This document shows positions 56,634-64,000 of a stretch of DNA of 64,000 nucleotides, piece after piece. The DNA comes from Nitrospirota bacterium. GTDB taxonomy: Bacteria > Nitrospirota > Nitrospiria > JACQCE01. The DNA lies in assembly GCA_016201765.1 (NCBI GenBank), contig JACQCE010000062.1, positions 11,419-75,418 on the forward strand. The letters are read 5' to 3'. The notes below the pieces were generated by a model that did no database searches, was not told the origin of the DNA, and saw only the letters and a program-made list of their open reading frames with translations. The first letter of the stretch is position 1. Each line of letters starts with the position of its first letter. The position numbers and the translations under genes are program-made.

Positions 56634-57676
56634 TTGAGCATGACCATCGCATCGCGCATGCTGCCGCCGGTTTCGCGCATGACGGTCGGCTCCACGCTGC
56701 AGTGCATCATGCAATTGGCACACCGGGGATCCTCCCGGCGCTCGAATTTTTCCCAATCCGTCTGGGCCATCAATTCCTCATAGCTGTTGTAGTGGCGGTC
56801 GGTGATCAGATAACAGGGCCCCTTCCACCCCTTGGGGTTGACGGTGGGATTGCCCCACGGCGTGCAGTCAAAGTGCCGTTCCCCGCGCAGGAACTCCAGA
56901 TACAACGGGGTATTCATGAAACGAAACCGCTTGCTCCATCCCGACAACCGGCGGAATTTGTCGTAAATGCCCTGGCGGTCCAGAAAAATATCATCATGGA
57001 TGGCCTGATAGGCGTAGCCCGGCGCGATCAACATGCCGTCGACACCGGCCGCGGTCAGTTCCTTGCACAGCCCCTCGATCTCGGCCATGTCGGTCTCTTT
57101 GTAAACGGTGGTGTTGGTGATCACCCGGAACCCCTGCGCCTTGGCCGTCTTGATCGCCGTCAGATCGATCTGATAGAGCCCCTTCCGTCCACGGGTCACG
57201 TCGTGCGTCTGTTCGAGACCGTCCATCGACACATTGATGGTGAAATAGGGGCTCTTGGGGAACTTCGGCAGAAACTTTTCCAACCCGATGGCGTTCGTGC
57301 ACAGATAGAGGTGCCGTTTGCGATCGACGATGCCATTCACCAGCCCGACGATATCGGGGTAGATCAGCGGTTCGCCGCCGCAGACCGACACGATCGGGGA
57401 ATCGCAGCTGTCAACCGCGCCCAGACATTCCTCCAGCGTCATTTTTTCCCGGATCGTCTCCTTGTACTCCCGGATGCGGCCGCAGCCGTCACACGCCAGA
57501 TTGCACGCGTGCAGCGGTTCGAGCATCAGCACCAGGGGGAAGCGCTTCCGCCCCTTGAGCCGGTTTTTAACCAGATGTTTGGTGATCGACCACGTCAACT
57601 GAATCGGAAACCGCATGTGCCACGCTTTCTGCCCGAACCGTGCCCGTCGGGCGCTGCTGTTGATGATGAAGGTCAC
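56618..57676 (-). CDS. hpnH: hopanoid-associated radical SAM protein HpnH
   Basis: CNLACDGC radical-SAM cluster motif. Conserved HpnH C-terminus. Confidence 0.8.
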   Translation of the reverse strand: MTFIINSSARRARFGQKAWHMRFPIQLTWSITKHLVKNRLKGRKRFPLVLMLEPLHACNLACDGCGRIREYKETIREKMTLEECLGAVDSCDSPIVSVCGGEPLIYPDIVGLVNGIVDRKRHLYLCTNAIGLEKFLPKFPKSPYFTINVSMDGLEQTHDVTRGRKGLYQIDLTAIKTAKAQGFRVITNTTVYKETDMAEIEGLCKELTAAGVDGMLIAPGYAYQAIHDDIFLDRQGIYDKFRRLSGWSKRFRFMNTPLYLEFLRGERHFDCTPWGNPTVNPKGWKGPCYLITDRHYNSYEELMAQTDWEKFERREDPRCANCMMHCSVEPTVMRETGGSMRDAMVMLKWNLT

Positions 57677-57856
57677 TCAATGGGTGCCCCCCGCACGGAA
57701 CGCGCTGCACCACGCTCCGTCGGTCCATCGTGTTCACCGTGCGTGTTCACCGTGCCAACCACGCGTCAACTCTCTGAAATATAAGGGCTCATTATAAAGG
57801 AAGCCCCGGGGCTTGTCAATAAAGTCTCCAGTGTTTTCGATTTGGGAGCCGGTACC

Positions 57857-57885
57857 TTGACAAGACGGCGGGAAAAGATTATTAC
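57857..57885 (+). promoter_or_regulatory. sigma70-like promoter TTGACA-N17-TATTAC
   Basis: Upstream of the small membrane protein gene at 57952. Confidence 0.3.
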
Positions 57886-57951
57886 TGTACGCGGCATTGC
57901 TGAGCGCAATGCGATCAACACCATGTTCATAACGCGCACACCACACAGCTG

Positions 57952-58218
57952 ATGGCGGGCTTAAAAAAGGGGCCGGGGCTCTTCTTCCTTTTCGTGATCA
58001 TCGGGGGCTATCTGGGCGCGATCCTCGCCGAGATCCTCCGGCATGCGACGAGCAGCGGACCGCTCAGTGAGGCGTTCATCCGGACCATTCATCCCGGCAT
58101 CAGCCCCTTCACGCTGAATTTTGAGTTGTTCAACATCACCTTTGGGTTTTCATTCTCCCTGAACCTGCTCAGCGTGCTCGGCATCATCCTTGCGATCTAT
58201 CTCTATAAACAAGCGTAG
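57952..58218 (+). CDS. small membrane protein (DUF4321-like)
   Basis: Two TM helices. 88 aa. Confidence 0.45.
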   Translation: MAGLKKGPGLFFLFVIIGGYLGAILAEILRHATSSGPLSEAFIRTIHPGISPFTLNFELFNITFGFSFSLNLLSVLGIILAIYLYKQA

Positions 58219-58247
58219 ACTCGCCTCTTGTGTCCCTTCCCTAATCC

Positions 58248-60272
58248 TTACCCCGTCTTTTCTTCATTAATCCCTAATCCGCTTTCTCTCTCCAGCGCGC
58301 GTTCGGAGAGCGTGTTGATCCGGTCGCGCAGGCGCGCCGCTTCTTCAAACGCCAATCGTTGCGCCGCCTGCTTCATCTGCTCCCGCAGCGACTCGATAAG
58401 AGCGGGCAACTGTTCCGGGCTGACTTCTTCGGCGGGTTCGGCCGCGATCGGCACGGTTGAATAGTCGGCCTCATACGCCGCCAGGATCGGTCCCGGAATG
58501 TCCTTCGTGATCGAAGTCGGCGTGATGCCCTCCCGCCGGTTGTAGGCCTCCTGCACCGTCCGCCGGCGGTTCATCTCGCCGATGGCGTTGCGCATCGAGC
58601 CGGTCATCTTGTCCGCATAGAACAACACGGTGCCGTTCAGGTGGCGCGCCGCGCGGCCCGCCGTCTGGATCAGCGACGTCTCCGAGCGCAGATAGCCCTC
58701 CTTGTCGGCGTCCAGAATCGCCACCAGCGACACTTCGGGCAGGTCGAGCCCCTCCCGCAACAGATTGATCCCCACCAACACGTCGAATTTGCCCAGGCGG
58801 AGTTCGCGAATGATCTCCATCCGCTCCAGCGCGTCGATGTCGGAGTGCAGGTACCGCACCCGCACGCCCAGTTCGTGGTAGTACTCGGTCAGGTCCTCCG
58901 CCATCCGCTTGGTCAGCGTCGTCACCAGCACACGCTCCCCGTGTTCGGCCCGCCGGCGGATTTCATCGAGCAGATCATCCACCTGGCCCGTGGCCGGCCG
59001 CACCTCCACCCGTGGATCCAGCAACCCCGTGGGTCGGACGATCTGTTCCACCACGCGGCCGGCGGCGCGCCGCAACTCGTACCCGCCCGGCGTGGCCGAC
59101 ACCGCGATCACCTGGTGAATCATCCGTTCGAACTCGGCAAAGGTCAACGGCCGGTTATCGAACGCCGACGGCAGGCGGAAACCAAAATCGACCAGGTTGC
59201 GCTTGCGGGCGCGATCGCCCTCGGCCATCCCGCCGATCTGGGGAATCGTGGCGTGGCTCTCATCGATCACCAGGAGAAAATCCTTGGGAAAATAATCCAG
59301 CAGCGTGGGCGGCGGCTCGCCGGGCCGGCGGCCGCTGAGGTGACGGGAATAATTTTCGATCCCCTGGCAGTAGCCGATCTCGCGGATCATTTCCAGATCA
59401 AACCGCGTCCGTTGCTCGATCCGTTGCGCCTCCACAAGCCGGCCGGCCGCGGTAAACTCGGCGATCCGCGCCTCCAGTTCCGCTTCGATGCCCAGCCGCG
59501 CCCGCTCCATCCGTTCCGGCGAAATCACATAATGGCTGCCCGGATAGATCGCGACCTTGGACAACCGCCGCAGGACGACGCCGCGCAGCGGATCGAGTTC
59601 GGCCAGCGTCTCCACCCGGTCGCCGAACAGCTCGACCCGAATGCTCCGGCCCTCCTGCGAGGCGGGCACAATGTCGATCACGTCGCCGCGCGCGCGAAAG
59701 GCGCCGCGCTCAAGGGCGTCATCACTGCGCCGGTACTGGATCTCGACGAGCCGGGCGAGCAGTTCCCGCCGGCCGATCGTCATGCCCTCTTCAAGCGCGA
59801 TGAGCATCCCGTGGTAGGCTTCCGGCGACCCGAGGCCGTAAATGCAGGAGACCGACGCCACAATGATCACGTCGGTCCGTTCGAACAGCGCCGTCGTCGC
59901 CGCGTGCCGCATCCGGTCGATGGCGTCGTTGATCATCGTCTCCTTCGCAATGTAGGTGTCGGTCTGCGGCAGGTAGGCTTCCGGCTGGTAATAGTCGTAG
60001 TAACTGACGAAATAGTTGACGGCGTTGTGGGGGAAAAACCGCTGAAACTCGTGATAGAGCTGCGCGGCCAGGGTCTTGTTGTGCACCATGACCAGTGTCG
60101 GCTTCCGCACCCGGGCGATCACATTGGCGAGGGTGAAGGTCTTTCCGGAGCCGGTCACGCCCAGCAGCACCTGATCGCGACACCCTGATTGAATCCCCTC
60201 AACAAGGTGGTCTATAGCCGCGCCCTGATCACCGCGTGGCTCGAAGGATGCGGTCAGCTCAAAGGATGCCAT
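58248..60272 (-). CDS. uvrB: excinuclease ABC subunit B
   Basis: GVTGSGKTF Walker A, DESH box, beta-hairpin region, C-terminal UvrB/UvrC interaction motif. Confidence 0.95.
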   Translation of the reverse strand: MASFELTASFEPRGDQGAAIDHLVEGIQSGCRDQVLLGVTGSGKTFTLANVIARVRKPTLVMVHNKTLAAQLYHEFQRFFPHNAVNYFVSYYDYYQPEAYLPQTDTYIAKETMINDAIDRMRHAATTALFERTDVIIVASVSCIYGLGSPEAYHGMLIALEEGMTIGRRELLARLVEIQYRRSDDALERGAFRARGDVIDIVPASQEGRSIRVELFGDRVETLAELDPLRGVVLRRLSKVAIYPGSHYVISPERMERARLGIEAELEARIAEFTAAGRLVEAQRIEQRTRFDLEMIREIGYCQGIENYSRHLSGRRPGEPPPTLLDYFPKDFLLVIDESHATIPQIGGMAEGDRARKRNLVDFGFRLPSAFDNRPLTFAEFERMIHQVIAVSATPGGYELRRAAGRVVEQIVRPTGLLDPRVEVRPATGQVDDLLDEIRRRAEHGERVLVTTLTKRMAEDLTEYYHELGVRVRYLHSDIDALERMEIIRELRLGKFDVLVGINLLREGLDLPEVSLVAILDADKEGYLRSETSLIQTAGRAARHLNGTVLFYADKMTGSMRNAIGEMNRRRTVQEAYNRREGITPTSITKDIPGPILAAYEADYSTVPIAAEPAEEVSPEQLPALIESLREQMKQAAQRLAFEEAARLRDRINTLSERALERESGLGINEEKTG

Positions 60273-60382
60273 GGGATCGATGGGCCGCAGGCCTCCCCGC
60301 CGCTAAAGACGCAGGGGATCACCAAAAACAGCCGTCCAACAACCTACAATATTTCAAGGGGTTCTGGCAACCTGTTTTTACC

Positions 60383-60412
60383 TTGACATCATCGAAATTC
60401 CGGGCGTATAGT
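60383..60412 (+). promoter_or_regulatory. sigma70-like promoter TTGACA-N18-TATAGT
   Basis: Implies that the GTG at 60411 cannot be the start of the downstream gene. Confidence 0.4.
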
Positions 60413-60476
60413 GCCACAACTTCGTCGTCGATATTTTCGGCGAGGAACGACCGGTCGAGACCGGGAGGGCGCGTAC

Positions 60477-62525
60477 GTGGACAGCGAGGCGTGGACTCAC
60501 TGGCGGGAGATCCAGGAAGGGATCGCCGCGGCCACCGGCCTGTCTGTGGTCACGTATGACGCCCACGGCCGGATTGCCCTTTCCGCCCCCGCCTGCGACC
60601 CCAGCCACGACCACCCCATTTGCGGGCTCCTCCAGCACCAGTACGGCCACGCCGCCTCCTGCCATGCCCATTGCGGCAAACAGCTTGCCGCTGCGGCCGA
60701 GCGACAGGAGCCGATCGCGTTTACCTGCTATGCGGGCCTGCAGGTTTTTGCCCTGCCGATCTTTCACAACACCACACACGACATCGTGCTGCTGGGCGGC
60801 AAGCGCTTCACCTCCTTCGAGTCGATTGTCAAATTGCGCGAACTGGCCGACCGGCTTCCCGGCGATCCGGCCCCGCTGCTGAATGAATTGCACCACGCCC
60901 GGTTGAAAGAATCCCCCCTCCTCGCGCAAACGACCGGCCTGCTTGAGAAAATCGGCCAGACGTTTTTTGAAAACATCAGCCTGCGGAACCGCTCCGAACT
61001 GAAACTCAGCCGCCTGCTGACCCTCCTGTCGCTCTTTGAAGAAATCCGTGATGAAGAGTCGCGCCGCCAGCTCTATGCGCTGGTGCTCAACGCCCTGGGC
61101 GTCCTGTTCAATATCCGCACCGCGGCCGTGCTGTCCGCCGCAGGCGGATCGGAGGCGACCGACGCCGCCGCGTTCGCCCCGGTCGAACTGTTCGGGGAGA
61201 AACGCGAGCTCCTGGCCCGCCTGCGGGTGAATACAACCGAAGGATTGTTCCGGCGGTTTTTGGACGATCCCAAACCGACCTCCTGCGAGGTCGTGTTTGA
61301 ACTGCTGAAAAGCGGCCTGCCCGACTCGATCAGTTTGGTGCACCTCTTTCCGTTGACGCGGACCACCCCCCCTGGCGCGATCCTCGCCCTCTTCGACACG
61401 CCCCTGACCCGCGATGACGTCGCCTTGCTGGGCAGTTTCTGCGCCCATTTTTCGCTGACGCTCGAAAACCACGCCCTGCACCAGCGGCTGGACCATCACC
61501 GTCAACATGTGGCCGCCCTGACCGCGGCCATCGACAAAATCGGCAAAACACTCGACGCGGCACAGCTCTGCGAGACCATCGTGAGCGAAATGACCCGCCT
61601 GGTCGGGGCGGAACAGGGCTCGCTGATGATGCTCGACGACGAGCAGCGCGCGCTGGTCATCAAGGCGATCACCGGCGTGAACCGGAAAATCGTCGAGCAG
61701 ATCCGGATCCGCCCCGGCGACGGCATCGCCGGGAAAGTCTTCGCCACCGGCGCGCCGCTCGTGGTGGCCGATCTTGAGACGGACGGCCGGGTCCAGCGGG
61801 AAAAACGCCCCCGCTACAAGACCAAGGCGTTCATCAGCCTGCCGATGAAGCTGGACGGCCGGACGATCGGCGTCCTCAATCTCGCCGACAAAACATCGGG
61901 CGCCGCGTTCGGCGAGGAGGAGATCAGCCTGCTCACCACGCTCGCCACCTGCGCCTCCGTGGCCATCGAGCGCGTCGAGTTTCAACAGCAGACGGAGGAG
62001 CTCAAACGCATCTCCATCACCGACCCGCTGACCGGATTCCTCAACCGCCGCTACTTTCATGAACGGCTGATTGAGGAGATCGAACGGTCCAAGCGGCACA
62101 ACACGGCCATGTCGCTCGCCATCATGGACCTGGACGACTTCAAGCTGCTCAACGACACCTACGGCCACCAGGCCGGCGACGAGGCGCTGAAGGCCATTGC
62201 GCGCTGCGTACACGGCTCGATCCGGGCGATCGATGTCGCGGCCCGCTACGGCGGCGAGGAGTTCACGGTCGTCCTGCCGCAAACCGGCAGAGCGGAGGCG
62301 CGCGGGATCGCCCAGCGCATTTGCGAAGAAGTGGCGGCCATGACGATCAGCCACCAGCTGCTGGAGGGCTATGAACGGTTGACCATCAGCATCGGCCTCG
62401 CCACCTACCCGGACGACGCCAAGACACCGGAGGAGTTGATCCGCTGCGCGGACACCGCGCTGTACAGGGCCAAAGACGAGGGGAAGAACCGGGTCGTCGC
62501 GTATGGGGAAGAGCAAAAAAGGTGA
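60477..62525 (+). CDS. PocR-like sensor / GAF / GGDEF diguanylate cyclase
   Basis: N-terminal Cys/His-rich PocR-like pattern (C...C...CHAHC...FTCYAGL.VFALPI). GAF region. GGDEF domain with RYGGEEF. GTG start at 60477 after GGGAGGG. Confidence 0.75.
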   Translation: MDSEAWTHWREIQEGIAAATGLSVVTYDAHGRIALSAPACDPSHDHPICGLLQHQYGHAASCHAHCGKQLAAAAERQEPIAFTCYAGLQVFALPIFHNTTHDIVLLGGKRFTSFESIVKLRELADRLPGDPAPLLNELHHARLKESPLLAQTTGLLEKIGQTFFENISLRNRSELKLSRLLTLLSLFEEIRDEESRRQLYALVLNALGVLFNIRTAAVLSAAGGSEATDAAAFAPVELFGEKRELLARLRVNTTEGLFRRFLDDPKPTSCEVVFELLKSGLPDSISLVHLFPLTRTTPPGAILALFDTPLTRDDVALLGSFCAHFSLTLENHALHQRLDHHRQHVAALTAAIDKIGKTLDAAQLCETIVSEMTRLVGAEQGSLMMLDDEQRALVIKAITGVNRKIVEQIRIRPGDGIAGKVFATGAPLVVADLETDGRVQREKRPRYKTKAFISLPMKLDGRTIGVLNLADKTSGAAFGEEEISLLTTLATCASVAIERVEFQQQTEELKRISITDPLTGFLNRRYFHERLIEEIERSKRHNTAMSLAIMDLDDFKLLNDTYGHQAGDEALKAIARCVHGSIRAIDVAARYGGEEFTVVLPQTGRAEARGIAQRICEEVAAMTISHQLLEGYERLTISIGLATYPDDAKTPEELIRCADTALYRAKDEGKNRVVAYGEEQKR

Positions 62526-62616
62526 TCGGGTGATTAGGTGATCAGGTTACGCGGTCATGCGGAAAAGAAATGGCAAGGGCCTCTCCTTCCCCCAGTCACC
62601 TCATTACCTGATCACC
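62521..62616. repeat. palindromic array of GGTGATYRGGT octamer units
   Basis: ggtgatcgggtgattaggtgatcaggt ... acctcattacctgatcaccc. The right arm lies within the last codons of ftsY. Confidence 0.5.
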
Positions 62617-63546
62617 CTCTTTACCCAACAACGCCTCCACAAACTGCTCCGCGTTAAAATCGACCAGATCCTCCGCCGATTCACCCACACCGATGCAGCG
62701 AATCGGCACGTTCAGTTCGTGCGCGATGGCCACGAGAATCCCGCCCTTCGCGGTGCCGTCCAGCTTGGTGACGACCACGCCCGTCACACCGACGGCCTCA
62801 TGAAAATATCTCGCCTGCGCCAGGCCGTTCTGTCCCACAGTCGCATCGAGCACCAGCAACCGTTCGTGCGGCGCCCCGGGCAGCGCCTTGCCGACCACGC
62901 GGACGATTTTTTTCAACTCCTCCATCAGGTTGGATTTGGTGTGCAGCCGGCCGGCCGTATCCAGACAGATCACGTCCGCGCCCCGGGCCACGCCGGCCTG
63001 CACGGTGTCGAACGCGACGGCGGCCGGATCGGCGCCCCCCTGCCTGGACGGCGGCTGGGCGATCACCTCCGCCCCGATCCGTGCTCCCCACACTTGCAGT
63101 TGTTCAACCGCCGCCGCCCGAAATGTGTCGGCCGCCCCCAACACCACACGACAGCCCGCGCGACGAAAACGCTCGGCCAGTTTGGCCGCCGTGGTCGTTT
63201 TGCCCGACCCGTTCACCCCCAGCAGCATGATGACATAGGGTTTCGCCGCGGTGATCTCCAGCGGCGACTGACAGGGCGCCAACCGCTCCAGCAACGCCGC
63301 CCGGACCGTCTCCATCGCCCGCCGATAGCCGGCTTCGCCGCGGGCCGGCGCCTCACCGAGCGTCGCGCGCACGCGGGCCATGATCGGATCGACGACGCCG
63401 ACGCCCAGATCCGCCCCCAGCAACAACGCCTCCACCGCCGCCAGATCGACCGGCGCCTCCGGGGCGCGGCCGATCAACCGCGCCAATCCCTCCGACAGCA
63501 GGCTGCGGCTCTTCTGCAGGCGTTGAAATACGCTGGACAGCTTCAT
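62596..63546 (-). CDS. ftsY: signal recognition particle receptor FtsY
   Basis: NG domain with GVNGSGKTTT, DTAGR and TKLDG motifs. Confidence 0.9.
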   Translation of the reverse strand: MKLSSVFQRLQKSRSLLSEGLARLIGRAPEAPVDLAAVEALLLGADLGVGVVDPIMARVRATLGEAPARGEAGYRRAMETVRAALLERLAPCQSPLEITAAKPYVIMLLGVNGSGKTTTAAKLAERFRRAGCRVVLGAADTFRAAAVEQLQVWGARIGAEVIAQPPSRQGGADPAAVAFDTVQAGVARGADVICLDTAGRLHTKSNLMEELKKIVRVVGKALPGAPHERLLVLDATVGQNGLAQARYFHEAVGVTGVVVTKLDGTAKGGILVAIAHELNVPIRCIGVGESAEDLVDFNAEQFVEALLGKEGDQVMR

Positions 63547-63950
63547 CGCGGGCGTCGCAGGCCGCCCGTCACCTGCGTCCGCAAGCGGCGCTCCATCCGG
63601 CTCATGCGGACGGCCTCTTTCTTCGATCGTTCATGGTCGTAGCCGAGCAGATGCAAGTACCCGTGGATCAGCAGCCGGCAACATTCAGCCTTCAGATTTG
63701 TGCCGGCCTCGCGCGCCTGCCGTCGCGCGGTGTCAAGGGAAATGACCACATCGCCCAGGACCAGCGGCGCCCCTTTGTGTCCTGGCGGCACGGCCGGAAA
63801 GGCCAGCACGTCGGTGGGGCGATCCATCTTACGGTGGGCACGATTGATCCGGCGCATGCGCCGGTCGTTCACGAACGTGAGACCGATGCCGGCGTCGGAT
63901 CGATGAGTCAAGGAGAAAAGCTTACGGAGCAACCGACGGTAAAACCGCAC
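63543..63950 (-). CDS. ybeY: rRNA maturation endoribonuclease YbeY
   Basis: HGYLHLLGYDH zinc-binding motif. The true start may lie upstream of the ORF-track start. Confidence 0.8.
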   Translation of the reverse strand: MRFYRRLLRKLFSLTHRSDAGIGLTFVNDRRMRRINRAHRKMDRPTDVLAFPAVPPGHKGAPLVLGDVVISLDTARRQAREAGTNLKAECCRLLIHGYLHLLGYDHERSKKEAVRMSRMERRLRTQVTGGLRRPR

Positions 63951-64000
63951 ATCAACCGGTACGCGACGCTGTCTATTGGCAATCTCGATAAAACTGCGAT

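Noticed and set aside
60376-60392. TGGCAACCTGTTTTTA resembling a sigma54 -24/-12 element
   Set aside because: No GC at the -12 position. Better explained by the sigma70 -35 TTGACA that follows.
60411-60476. Upstream extension of the GGDEF ORF starting at GTG 60411 (MPQLRRRYFRRG...)
   Set aside because: It overlaps the -10 hexamer of the best promoter and lacks an RBS. The GTG at 60477 follows GGGAGGG.

Overview
High-GC (~65%) bacterial chromosomal segment that mixes core housekeeping genes with several accessory or unusual loci. Gene content is reminiscent of Nitrospira-like lineages (a cytochrome bd-like oxidase next to complex III genes, hopanoid genes), but this lineage call is an impression, not a database result. 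Reading through the window: nadB; a lytic transglycosylase; an hsp20-clpB operon; a Fis-family regulator; HU; tRNA-Val(GAC); the conserved thrS-infC-rpmI-rplT cluster, followed on the opposite strand by an archaeal/eukaryal-type pheS-pheT pair; rpe, rsmB, fmt and def on the minus strand; an initiator tRNA-fMet gene split by a 664-bp intron that encodes a PD-(D/E)XK nuclease (group I intron plus homing endonuclease, as in the cyanobacterial I-Ssp6803I case); a cheX/cheY-like pair; and a DUF4388/J-domain/TPR protein. Then a tandemly duplicated unit of membrane-anchored iron-containing alcohol dehydrogenase fusion proteins with an MFS transporter, plus an upstream MFS pseudogene fragment carrying a MITE-like insertion. 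Then a DUF362-like Tat-signal protein, a glyoxalase-fold (VOC) protein, ubiC-like/ubiA, and three tandem periplasmic FGE/SUMF1-fold paralogs (the middle one fused to a diheme cytochrome c). A 1.7-kb low-GC cassette encoding a HEAT-like repeat lipoprotein is inserted at the 3' end of the third FGE gene and flanked by 103-bp direct repeats. Finally: a minus-strand respiratory operon (cytochromes c, bd-like CydA-like oxidase, Rieske, cytochrome b, diheme cytochrome c); two secreted/lipoprotein genes and a lytic transglycosylase; a DUF4340 plus gldAFG-like ABC operon; the hopanoid genes hpnH-shc-hpnG; uvrB; a PocR-GAF-GGDEF protein; ftsY; ybeY. A recurring family of palindromic arrays of degenerate 8-bp units sits immediately upstream of several sigma70-like promoters. 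No rRNA or CRISPR was found. Many long antisense ORFs are high-GC artefacts.
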